Below are positions 18,041 to 26,759 of a DNA stretch of 64,000 bases, in pieces. The notes under the pieces were generated by a model. That model worked only from the letters and a program-made list of their open reading frames with translations. It was not told the DNA's origin and did not search any database. The stretch lies in IMG/VR virus record IMGVR_UViG_3300021141_000706; one strand, 5' to 3'. The DNA is from a virus. Position 1 is the stretch's first letter. The number at the start of each line of letters is the position of its first letter. The position numbers and the translations under genes are program-made.

Positions 18041-20854
18041 TTAGAATGTATATTTAACTGAGGCTGATATTGTTTGACCAAAGTTTATGTTTTGCCAATT
18101 GTTATCACCTTTATCATACTTTTGATTACCGTTCAAGTCTTGGAAGTAAACTAAGTCTTGAGCTAAGATATCTTTTATATTAAGTTTTGTTTCAAAGTGT
18201 TTACCAAACTTTTTAGATACTTGAAAGTCTATAACATTTCTTCCATTTTCCCAAACTGAAGGCTCTTGAATATTACCTACAATGTAAATTCTTTGACCAA
18301 TTACATTATAAGATAAAGTTACTGTCATATCTTTCTTAGGTGTATTATAGAATATACCAGAGTTTATAATGTAAGGTGACTGACCTTGTAGTGGTCTGTT
18401 CTCACCAGAACCAATGAAGTGACTCATATCAACTGTTGACTTTATTAAAGACAGGTTTGAATAAACTGTTATGTTATCCCATACTTTACTTTCTTTCTTA
18501 CAGAATGTTCCTAAGTTATATCTAATTTCAAATTCAGCACCGATATTTGTTACTTTATTTACATTAGCGTAGTAAAGTTCAGGTGCTCCTGATGTACCAG
18601 TTCTATTGATTAACTCAATTGGATTCTCAAATGTTTTATAGAAACCAGATACAGATATGATTTGACCTTTACCAGGATACATTTCCCATCTAACATCAAA
18701 GTTATCTATGGTAGCTCTTTTCAAATTAGGGTTACCACTTACTATATTATCAATAACAAAGTTATAGAAACTAAATGGTGCTAACTCTCTAAACTCTGGA
18801 CGAGAAACTGTTCTATAATAAGAACCTCTTACTTTCATCTTTTTGTTTAACGAATAAACTATATTAACTGATGGTAAGAAATCAACAACTGTTGTATCAA
18901 TATGTTTATTTTCGTTAGAACCAAACTCAATATAATTAAATTGTTGATTATATGACTCTATTCTTAAACCACCAATGATTCTAAACTTCTCACCAATCTT
19001 TGTATCTGTCATTGCGAAAGCCGCATTTAGAAAAGAGTTGGCTTGATAACTATCATCAACATTTGTAGCTTCATCTAATTTGAAACCTCCTTGACCATTT
19101 GATAAAAGACCCATATTTTCTTGAGAGAATATCTCATCTGGTCCTAATAGTAGTAAGTTACTATTGAATGTGCTACCTGTTGGTTTGTATTGAGAGAACC
19201 CTAAGTTTCTTGATGAGAAATCACGAGTTCTGTATTGATGCCATCCACCTATCTTAAATTCATTTTCTATTTTATTAAAAGTAAAAGGAATAGACCAATC
19301 ATAATTAGCACTGTAGATTTTCTCAGATGATTTAGACCAAAACATATTACCAGCCGCAGTTGGAATAGTTCCATTTTGTTGAATAATAGCTGTCCATTGT
19401 TGAGTTGTATCATCTTCAAGTAATGAATACTTACGATAAACTAATCTTCTAAGATTTGGAATATCTCTTTTAACATCACTGAATCCTAAATTCCAGTTCA
19501 ATTTAGTTTTCTTAATCTCATGTTTACCATATAGTTGTTGAGTTAATAAATTGTTTTGTGTATACCAGAAGTTTGTTGATCTTTCCCATTGACGAGGATC
19601 ATTATCCATCTCTCTAACACCGTTTCTAATATTTACTTTATCTTCTGAATTGATAGAATAAAGATTTTTGAATCTAATTATGTTCTTATCATTAATCTGA
19701 TAAGCAAAGTTTAACATAGCACTATTCAAAATAGTTTGAGTAAATACAGAATCTTTCAATTCCATTTTTTGAACAACACCTGCTGATTGTTCTTCAAAGT
19801 CTCTTCTTACTGAGTTATTCATAGTAGAAGCACTTTGATAACTATAAGCGAAAGTTATACCAAGTGAGTTATCTTTTTTGAATTTGATATATCTACCAAT
19901 CGAGTATTGTAAACTACCAATTGGTAAAGCCAATCTTGATTTAGTTGACCAAGAAGTGTTAATCATTTTTGATAAATCCGCCTTATCTGACTTATTTAGA
20001 GTAGAAAAGTCTAAAGTACTTGGCATTGATTCAGGTAAACTTCTATAGTTAGAACCAAACCCTAAGAAGTCAGTAGAACTTCCTTGATAAGTTTTGAAGT
20101 TTTGAAATGTAGATATCGCATTGAATCCTAAACCATACTGAATACTTTGAAACTTAGAATCTTTTGGTTCAGATGTGCTGATATTAATAACACCACCAGC
20201 AAACTCACCTGGCATATCTGGTGAACCAGACTTCATAACAATTAGATTATCTAACATATTAGAAGGAAAGATATCAAATGAGAAAGCTTTTCTATCTGAT
20301 TCTGAACTTGGTAGTGGAGAACCATTTATTAGAGCGAAGTTGTATCTATCATTTAGACCACGAATAACTACAAACTTATTATCTTGTACAGAAGCACCAC
20401 TCACTCTTTTGAATACATCTGATACTTTCGTATCTGGTGTTTTCTTAAAAGTTTCAGCATTAACACCATCTTGAACGACAGCACTGTTGCTTTGTTGTTT
20501 AACTAAATCAACTGTTGATTCTTTATTAGCTTTAGCTTTAACTGTAACAGTTCCTATGTCTAAAGTTTTTTCCTTTAACTTTATATTTAAAGTGTCTTTT
20601 GATGTCGCTTTAATGAATTGTGAATGATAACCCATGTATCTAAATTCTAAAGAGTAAGTAGGTTTATCTAAACCTTTCAATTCAAATTTACCATTTATGT
20701 CAGTTGTGGTTCCTTTTCCGGACTCACCTTGAATTAGTATCAACACGCCAATGACTGGCTCGTTTGAAATCGAGTCAGTCACTGTGCCTGATATTTGTGA
20801 AAATGCTGTAAGTGTCGATATTAAGAATGTAAATATCAGTAAGAGTTTTTTCAT
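18041..20854 (-). CDS. TonB-dependent outer-membrane receptor
   Basis: Signal peptide, CarboxypepD_reg-like N-domain, plug (IRGLNDRYN...GEFAGG), beta-barrel ending in terminal Phe (VKYTF). Confidence 0.9.
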   Translation of the reverse strand: MKKLLLIFTFLISTLTAFSQISGTVTDSISNEPVIGVLILIQGESGKGTTTDINGKFELKGLDKPTYSLEFRYMGYHSQFIKATSKDTLNIKLKEKTLDIGTVTVKAKANKESTVDLVKQQSNSAVVQDGVNAETFKKTPDTKVSDVFKRVSGASVQDNKFVVIRGLNDRYNFALINGSPLPSSESDRKAFSFDIFPSNMLDNLIVMKSGSPDMPGEFAGGVINISTSEPKDSKFQSIQYGLGFNAISTFQNFKTYQGSSTDFLGFGSNYRSLPESMPSTLDFSTLNKSDKADLSKMINTSWSTKSRLALPIGSLQYSIGRYIKFKKDNSLGITFAYSYQSASTMNNSVRRDFEEQSAGVVQKMELKDSVFTQTILNSAMLNFAYQINDKNIIRFKNLYSINSEDKVNIRNGVREMDNDPRQWERSTNFWYTQNNLLTQQLYGKHEIKKTKLNWNLGFSDVKRDIPNLRRLVYRKYSLLEDDTTQQWTAIIQQNGTIPTAAGNMFWSKSSEKIYSANYDWSIPFTFNKIENEFKIGGWHQYRTRDFSSRNLGFSQYKPTGSTFNSNLLLLGPDEIFSQENMGLLSNGQGGFKLDEATNVDDSYQANSFLNAAFAMTDTKIGEKFRIIGGLRIESYNQQFNYIEFGSNENKHIDTTVVDFLPSVNIVYSLNKKMKVRGSYYRTVSRPEFRELAPFSFYNFVIDNIVSGNPNLKRATIDNFDVRWEMYPGKGQIISVSGFYKTFENPIELINRTGTSGAPELYYANVNKVTNIGAEFEIRYNLGTFCKKESKVWDNITVYSNLSLIKSTVDMSHFIGSGENRPLQGQSPYIINSGIFYNTPKKDMTVTLSYNVIGQRIYIVGNIQEPSVWENGRNVIDFQVSKKFGKHFETKLNIKDILAQDLVYFQDLNGNQKYDKGDNNWQNINFGQTISASVKYTF

Positions 20855-20860
20855 ATAGAA

Positions 20861-22444
20861 TTATTTTCTAACTATAATCTTTTTTGTTGTATTATCAACT
20901 TGTAAGAAATAGATACCATTCGTAAGTGTACTAACATCTAAACTAAGATTTCCTGATACTGTTTGAGTATTAATTACTCTACCCATACCATCGATTAAAG
21001 TTACTTGTACTAATCTATCAGTTGTGATGTTTACATTGTTTGTAGCAGGGTTAGGGTAGATAGATACGTTTGTAGTTTTAGTAATCTCATTTACACTAAC
21101 AAATCCACCAACAAATTTAGAGTTTGTGAAATCAGCTCCTGTTGCTACTAATGAAGTAGAATCTAATCTACAGTCAGGTGTAGTTCCTAATGTTGGAAAA
21201 GCATTGACCCAATTGATTTGAGATACTGAAGTTGTTGTATCATTTACTGAAGCAACTGTTGTAAAGAAAGTTGGTGTGGCAGTTACATAACTAGCACCTA
21301 AAGGTAGTTCAGTTAAAACATTGTTTGAGAAAACTAATGTTCCAGATGTTACGTTATTCTCACAAGAAGGACCTTCGATTGATAATCCTTTTTCCCAACC
21401 AACTACTAAAGAGTTGAATACTGAGATAGAAGAGTTTCTTCTAATTCTAAAAGCTTTTTCAAATTTTTCACCAACTGGTAAAGATAAAGAACCATTTCCT
21501 TTAGCTCCAATAATTGTTAAGTTTGAGAATATTGCTGCTGTTTGTGGTGTGTTAGCTGAACCAGCCGCATCGTTATCTGATTCTAAACCGTTTGAGTCAC
21601 CAGCCGCATCATACATAGTATTATCACGAATGATTAAACCAAATTGAATTCTACCTCTGTAACCAAAATCAGTATCGAAGTCATCATCAATTCCTCTGTA
21701 AGCGATTAGATGTTTACAATCAACTGTGCCACCAAACCATTCGTAAGAGTCATCACCTGAGAAAGAAACTTGTATAAAGTCTACTTGAGTTCCTCTACCA
21801 ACTGAACCAAAAGTAATACCGTTGATTTCTTTGTTTGGTTCTAAAGCGATACCAGCAAATTCAATTCTTACATATTTTAATGAACCTGAGTTATCATTGT
21901 CATCTGATCCACCATATTGTGTATTAGCAGTTGGTACAATACCTTCAATGTTAGCAACACCACCTGGTTGATTATTTGTAGCTTGACCTAAGATAACTAA
22001 ACCACCCCAGTCACCTTCAGCTCTATTACCAACTGATTCATTTGAAGTGAAAACGATTGGTAAGTTTTGTGTACCTTCAGCTATTATTTTACAACCTTTA
22101 GTAACGATTAAAGTTGCTTGTGTTGCTTTGTCACCTCTGATAATTGTACCAGGTAAGATAGTTAATGTAGCTCCGTTAGTTACATAGATTTTATTTTGTA
22201 ATAAAACATTACCACCGATTGTTGTGTTTGTTGTAATGTCTGAGTTAAGTGTAGAAGTAGTTGAAGGATAGTTAGTGTTTTCTGGGTCGAAATTTGACCA
22301 TCCATATGTCCAGTTTGTACCTGGTGTTCCATCAGTTACAGGGAATGCTCCTTTGTAAGATGTTGCTGTCCAAAATGTAGACTGTGCGTTTAGACTAAGA
22401 TTAAGACCAAGTCCGATTAAAATAAGAGTAAATAATTTTCTCAT
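20861..22444 (-). CDS. secreted beta-helix-like protein with T9SS type A C-terminal sorting domain
   Basis: Signal peptide; GDWGGL, DDNSG.LKYVRIEFAG, DDDFDTDFGY; CTD IYPNPA...GIYFLQV...KKIIVRK. Confidence 0.85.
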   Translation of the reverse strand: MRKLFTLILIGLGLNLSLNAQSTFWTATSYKGAFPVTDGTPGTNWTYGWSNFDPENTNYPSTTSTLNSDITTNTTIGGNVLLQNKIYVTNGATLTILPGTIIRGDKATQATLIVTKGCKIIAEGTQNLPIVFTSNESVGNRAEGDWGGLVILGQATNNQPGGVANIEGIVPTANTQYGGSDDNDNSGSLKYVRIEFAGIALEPNKEINGITFGSVGRGTQVDFIQVSFSGDDSYEWFGGTVDCKHLIAYRGIDDDFDTDFGYRGRIQFGLIIRDNTMYDAAGDSNGLESDNDAAGSANTPQTAAIFSNLTIIGAKGNGSLSLPVGEKFEKAFRIRRNSSISVFNSLVVGWEKGLSIEGPSCENNVTSGTLVFSNNVLTELPLGASYVTATPTFFTTVASVNDTTTSVSQINWVNAFPTLGTTPDCRLDSTSLVATGADFTNSKFVGGFVSVNEITKTTNVSIYPNPATNNVNITTDRLVQVTLIDGMGRVINTQTVSGNLSLDVSTLTNGIYFLQVDNTTKKIIVRK

Positions 22445-22551
22445 GTTTGTTTTTTGTTGTTTTTTGTTTGTTTTAATGTATATATGAATGGAGTCTGAAT
22501 TGGAAAGTGTCTAAAAAAATTAAAAAATCCTACAACATAGAGCCAGTCTAA

Positions 22552-22602
22552 TGTTCTGTCTTTATTAACTAATTGTTAATTTTTGGTTGATCTATTGTAA
22601 AT
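22552..22602. promoter_or_regulatory. 11-bp-periodic direct repeats, OmpR/PhoB-type box candidate
   Basis: TGTTCTG/TATTAAC/TGTTAAT/GGTTGAT/TGTAAAT at 22552, 22563, 22574, 22585, 22596. Confidence 0.5.
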
Positions 22603-22606
22603 TTAA

Positions 22607-22730
22607 TTTGGTGTAATATAAAATCTTCCGTATCTTTGTATTCACAAAGGAAGAGAAAGATTAAGAGATAAAAAAAAATAAAAAAATCTCTAAAAAAGTT
22701 TGACAAAACGAAAAAGTCTCCTTATCTTTG
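22607..22730 (+). promoter_or_regulatory. two tandem early promoters
   Basis: TTTG-N20-TATCTTTG at 22607-22638 and 22699-22730. Confidence 0.8.
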
Positions 22731-22770
22731 TAAAACAAATAAGATAAATCACTACTTAAAAAAAGAAAAT

Positions 22771-23391
22771 ATGGCAAATCTATTCGCAAAAGCAAAGAAA
22801 TCAGCACCAGCTAAAACAACTAAAGCTAAAGACGAGAAAGTTCGTATAGCTATTGAAGACAAAACCTTCTTCGATAAAATCGAAAAGTTAGAAGTACTAC
22901 AAGACCAAATGAAAGTTGCGAAAGCGAAAGCAGATATGATTTCTGACGAGCTTCGTGACCTTGGTAAATCAGAGTGGGCTAAACTTTATGACCAAACAGG
23001 TAAAAATCCTGGCTCTGTAATGTTAGAGCAAGTTAATGCTGAAGATGTTGCTCAATTGATGTTTATCCCTACTGATAAATACATCACAATCACTCCAGAA
23101 AGAGCTGAAGAATTACAAGAAACATACGGTGCTGAAATCGTTGAAGAAGAAACTACTTTCTCTTTTGACTCTGCTATGATTGAGAAATATGGTGAAATCC
23201 TTTCTCGTCTTATCGAAGAGTCTGATGAAATCAAAGACACTGATAAAGAAAAAATCATCAAAGCTACTACTAAGTACTCTGTAGCTAAAGGTACAATCGA
23301 CAAGTTTGCTACCTACGGTGATGTAAACGAAGTGATGGATGCTGTAAAGCCAGTAGTAGCACTTAAAAACGTAGAAATTATCAAAGGATAA
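22771..23391 (+). CDS. hypothetical protein, probably abundant early product
   Basis: 206 aa, basic N-terminus, TTC/ATC/GAC codon bias, double promoter. Confidence 0.8.
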   Translation: MANLFAKAKKSAPAKTTKAKDEKVRIAIEDKTFFDKIEKLEVLQDQMKVAKAKADMISDELRDLGKSEWAKLYDQTGKNPGSVMLEQVNAEDVAQLMFIPTDKYITITPERAEELQETYGAEIVEEETTFSFDSAMIEKYGEILSRLIEESDEIKDTDKEKIIKATTKYSVAKGTIDKFATYGDVNEVMDAVKPVVALKNVEIIKG

Positions 23392-23440
23392 TATAAACTT
23401 TCTGAAAGTGAGTACATATATAATGAACTCACTTTCACTT

Positions 23441-23525
23441 GGTCGGGTGGTGGAATAGGTAGACACGAGGGACTTAAAATCCCTTGCCCCTAAAGGGCGT
23501 GCGGGTTCGATTCCCGCCTCGACTA
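23441..23525 (+). tRNA. tRNA-Leu(TAA)
   Basis: Cloverleaf with AGGGA-CTTAAAA-TCCCT arm, long variable arm, GGTTCGATTCC; no CCA. Confidence 0.95.
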
Positions 23526-23533
23526 CAAATATT

Positions 23534-23607
23534 GGTTGCGTAGCTCAGCTGGATAGAGCAACTCACTTCTAATGAGTAGGTCACAGGTTCGAATCCTGTC
23601 GCGATCA
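23534..23607 (+). tRNA. tRNA-Arg(TCT)
   Basis: ACTCA-CTTCTAA-TGAGT anticodon arm, GGTTCGAATCC; no CCA. Confidence 0.95.
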
Positions 23608-23620
23608 CAAATCAAATAAA

Positions 23621-23878
23621 ATGAGAACATCAATACTATCAGTGGCTGCTTTAGGAATTCTATCAATTGGTTTTATGTTTGGTTCAGTTGTATCAAACGG
23701 TAAACGTGAGAAGATAGAACAGTCTTATCAAAGTAAAATTGACTCACTAGGTCTTATAATTGAAGATAAAGACTGGCAAATTGAAGAATTAGAAAAAGAA
23801 ATCTCTTTTAGAGAATCAGAAATTAGCTACTGGGGTCAAAAGTACGATTCGCTTCGATTCGAAGAAAATTGGCCCTAA
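23621..23878 (+). CDS. small membrane-anchored coiled-coil protein
   Basis: N-terminal hydrophobic helix followed by heptads. Confidence 0.7.
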   Translation: MRTSILSVAALGILSIGFMFGSVVSNGKREKIEQSYQSKIDSLGLIIEDKDWQIEELEKEISFRESEISYWGQKYDSLRFEENWP

Positions 23879-23961
23879 TAAAGTAGCCCTTGGGCCTCGT
23901 TAAGCCTCTTACCCTAGTGGTAACGTAACGAGTGGGAGTAGGGTAACACCGACGCCTCCCA
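23871..23961 (+). ncRNA. candidate structured RNA of unknown class
   Basis: GC-rich intergenic island with three hairpins and 8-nt loop-loop complementarity; strand assumed from flanking tRNAs. Confidence 0.45.
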
Positions 23962-23966
23962 AATTT

Positions 23967-24040
23967 GGTCCTGTAGCTCAGTTGGTTAGAGCAACTGACT
24001 CATAATCAGTAGGTCCACGGTTCGAGCCCGTGCGGGACCA
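23967..24040 (+). tRNA. tRNA with CAT anticodon (Ile2 more likely than Met)
   Basis: ACTGA-CTCATAA-TCAGT arm, GGTCCTG/CGGGACC stem; lacks initiator features; no CCA. Confidence 0.9.
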
Positions 24041-24057
24041 CTAAAAAAGAAAAGAAT

Positions 24058-24240
24058 ATGAATATGAATTTTATAAATGAAAACATCGAAGTTCTAACTC
24101 AGTTAGAAAAAGAATTTCCAAATAATATGGAGTTTGGAAATGCTATTAGAAGTAGATTTATGGATGAAGAGTTCGTAAGAAGTCTACCCAATGACCAAGA
24201 GTTTGGTAAAGAAGTTAGAAAAATAATTAAAAATATCTAA
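24058..24240 (+). CDS. small protein with internal duplication
   Basis: FPNNMEFGNAIR and LPNDQEFGKEVR. Confidence 0.7.
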   Translation: MNMNFINENIEVLTQLEKEFPNNMEFGNAIRSRFMDEEFVRSLPNDQEFGKEVRKIIKNI

Positions 24241-24247
24241 AATAAAT

Positions 24248-24278
24248 TTTGTCGGTTCGAAAAAAGTTCCTACATTTG
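24248..24278 (+). promoter_or_regulatory. early promoter
   Basis: TTTG-N19-TACATTTG. Confidence 0.8.
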
Positions 24279-24310
24279 TATAAATAATTAAAAAACATAA
24301 AAAATAAGAT

Positions 24311-25450
24311 ATGGCTGAAATGACACAAAAATCCACAATGCCTCAATCAGTGATTGAGAATCTTTCAAAGTTAACCGAGAAAGAGCGTAAATACTTTGCC
24401 GTGATGTGGGCAAAATATGGTGTATTGAATATTACATCTAAACCAGGCGTTGCGAAGTCTGCTATTGGTAAATCAATTGCCGATAAAATGAACTTCCGAT
24501 ATATGGATATTCGTTTGTCAATGGTTGACGAAACTGACGTGGGTTTGTATCCATCTATCAACGAAATTGAAGTTGATGGTAAGATGGTTAAGTGTTTGGA
24601 CTTCGTTGTTCCTCGTTGGGCAGTTGAAGCTAACAAGCAACCAACGATTATCCACTTTGAAGAGTTGAACCGTGCTTCTCAGCAAGTTCGTAATGCCGCT
24701 CTTCAAATCCTACTTGAGCGTCAGATTGGTACTGACTTCAAATTCAACGATAGCGTACTTATGATGTCTTCTGGTAACTTAGGTGACGAAGACGGAACAG
24801 ACGTTGAAGAGTTTGACTCTGCCTTGAACAACCGTTTGGTTCACATCAACCATACATTGTCAGTTGACGAGTGGATTAAAGACTTCGCGATGGATAACTG
24901 TCACAAGTTAATCACCTCTTTCATCAAAGCTCACCCAGAGCAAATGTACAAAGGTGCCACTGAGAACACAAAGGCTTACGCTACTCCACGTTCTTGGACT
25001 ATGATGTCTAAGTTCATCACCGAAAACTTCGGTCAAGATGCTTCACCTCGTGAGTTCTTGCCTTTGTTGAAAGAGGTGGCAAGTGGTTACTTAGGTAACT
25101 CTGCTGTGAAGTTCGTTCAATACTGCGAAGATATGTTGAATATTTCTATCAACGATGTAATCAACAACTACGACGGTATCAAGAAAGACCTTGAGAAGTA
25201 CAACCGTGATAAGAACTCTGAATTGATTCAATCATTGAAAGAGATCGATATCACCAAGTTGAATAAGAAACAACTTGACAACGTTGTAAAGTTCTTGAAC
25301 AACGTGGGTGATGATGAGAAAACCGCTTACTTGCTTTACATCTTAGATAACATCGCCGATGTAACGAACCCAACCTTGAAGACTTTCTTGCTTCAGTTCG
25401 AAGACCTTCTTCGTACTATCAAGAAAATCAACAAGCCTGGTAGTAAGTAA
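24311..25450 (+). CDS. MoxR-like AAA+ ATPase
   Basis: Variant Walker A SKPGVAKS, Walker B IHFEELNRA, DSALNNRL, TPRSW. Confidence 0.85.
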   Translation: MAEMTQKSTMPQSVIENLSKLTEKERKYFAVMWAKYGVLNITSKPGVAKSAIGKSIADKMNFRYMDIRLSMVDETDVGLYPSINEIEVDGKMVKCLDFVVPRWAVEANKQPTIIHFEELNRASQQVRNAALQILLERQIGTDFKFNDSVLMMSSGNLGDEDGTDVEEFDSALNNRLVHINHTLSVDEWIKDFAMDNCHKLITSFIKAHPEQMYKGATENTKAYATPRSWTMMSKFITENFGQDASPREFLPLLKEVASGYLGNSAVKFVQYCEDMLNISINDVINNYDGIKKDLEKYNRDKNSELIQSLKEIDITKLNKKQLDNVVKFLNNVGDDEKTAYLLYILDNIADVTNPTLKTFLLQFEDLLRTIKKINKPGSK

Positions 25451-25471
25451 TCAGAACCAGCCAATCTGATT

Positions 25472-25507
25472 AAAAAGGGGATGTCAGTATTGATATCCCC
25501 TTTTTTT
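25472..25507 (+). terminator. intrinsic terminator
   Basis: GGGGATGTCA-GTAT-TGATATCCCC followed by T7. Confidence 0.85.
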
Positions 25508-25509
25508 CT

Positions 25510-25537
25510 AAACAAATTATTCATAAATAGATATAAT
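25510..25537 (+). promoter_or_regulatory. putative middle promoter
   Basis: AAAC-N18-TATAAT. Confidence 0.55.
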
Positions 25538-25542
25538 CTACA

Positions 25543-25809
25543 ATGGAAACATATCAAGTACAACTGGTTCTAATAAATAAATTCGGTGAGTTCAAAGGAA
25601 AACCAGCGGATATTGACGAAGAAAAATATGACAATTTAATTAAAATGTCTAGAACATTTTATGCCAGTGGTGGATTTGAATTAACATGTGAAGATGATTC
25701 ATATGCTATATTTCCACCAAACATTGTAGAAGAATCTATATTAATAATAAATAAAAAAATCATAACTGATATAACATCAGAAGAAGGAGAAGAAAATGTA
25801 CAAGAGTAA
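25543..25809 (+). CDS. hypothetical protein
   Basis: 88 aa ORF at head of operon. Confidence 0.7.
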   Translation: METYQVQLVLINKFGEFKGKPADIDEEKYDNLIKMSRTFYASGGFELTCEDDSYAIFPPNIVEESILIINKKIITDITSEEGEENVQE

Positions 25810-26446
25810 GTTTAAACGTTTTGGAGGTGAATATATTCCAGACATAATAGAATACCTAAAGGACTATCTAAAAGATGATCCTACTGCTACGATTACAGTT
25901 GGTTGCGACTCTATTCAAAAGAGACGTAGAACTGTTTATGCTGTTACGATTATGATGTATAATACAGATTTAAGAAATGGTGCTCACGTTATTTTCTTCC
26001 GTGAATCTTGTGATAAGATTAGAGATAATCAAGAAAGACTTTATAAAGAAGCTCAATATCTTCATGATGTTGGTGTTTATCTTGATGAAGAATTATCTAA
26101 TTTTTATGAAAGAAAAGACTTAACTGAAATAGAAAGAAAAAGATATAAGTTTCACTTAGCCAAGTGTAATCACGAATATTCTCATGTACCACTACATCTT
26201 GAAGAAGGTGTAATGAATGCTATGAACTTAGTACCTGCTGATAGAATGTACTTTAGATTAGTTGATATTCATATTGACTTTAATCCAAATGAAGGAACTA
26301 AGAATGAAAGAGGTGTTAGTAAGAATAAGTCTTATGCTGCCTATAAAGCTTATGTGCCTTGGTTAAGAGGTATGGGATTCAGAACTTGGGCTAAGCCGCT
26401 TGCCTTTGGAGCCACAACAGCGGCAGATCTTTTACTTCAAGACTAA
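25796..26446 (+). CDS. RNase H-like YkuK/DUF458 family protein
   Basis: ITVGCDS, IHIDFN, KPLAFGATTAAD. Confidence 0.8.
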   Translation: MYKSKFKRFGGEYIPDIIEYLKDYLKDDPTATITVGCDSIQKRRRTVYAVTIMMYNTDLRNGAHVIFFRESCDKIRDNQERLYKEAQYLHDVGVYLDEELSNFYERKDLTEIERKRYKFHLAKCNHEYSHVPLHLEEGVMNAMNLVPADRMYFRLVDIHIDFNPNEGTKNERGVSKNKSYAAYKAYVPWLRGMGFRTWAKPLAFGATTAADLLLQD

Positions 26447-26447
26447 T

Positions 26448-26759
26448 ATGTTTCAAATAAATTCAATGCTATTAAGAAAAATGGGGTGGACTGATCACAG
26501 TTCACCTACATTTAATAGTCCTAGATTTGATGATAATGACTTGGTTAGATTTTATATCAGACCAGAAACAATTTATTTTTTTATAAAAGAACTTTCAGAA
26601 GAAGAAAAACAAATATCAAAAAATTCATATAAATTTGTAATTGGTAAAAGAGAAATTCAATTTGATTCTAATATAGAATTAATTAGATTAATAATTGAAA
26701 ATGAAGCTTGTAACGAAGATTATAAAAGGCACTTTAAATTAAATAAAATATTAAGATGA
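26448..26759 (+). CDS. hypothetical protein with C-terminal tag
   Basis: Start moved to ATG 26448; ends YKRHFKLNKILR. Confidence 0.7.
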   Translation: MFQINSMLLRKMGWTDHSSPTFNSPRFDDNDLVRFYIRPETIYFFIKELSEEEKQISKNSYKFVIGKREIQFDSNIELIRLIIENEACNEDYKRHFKLNKILR

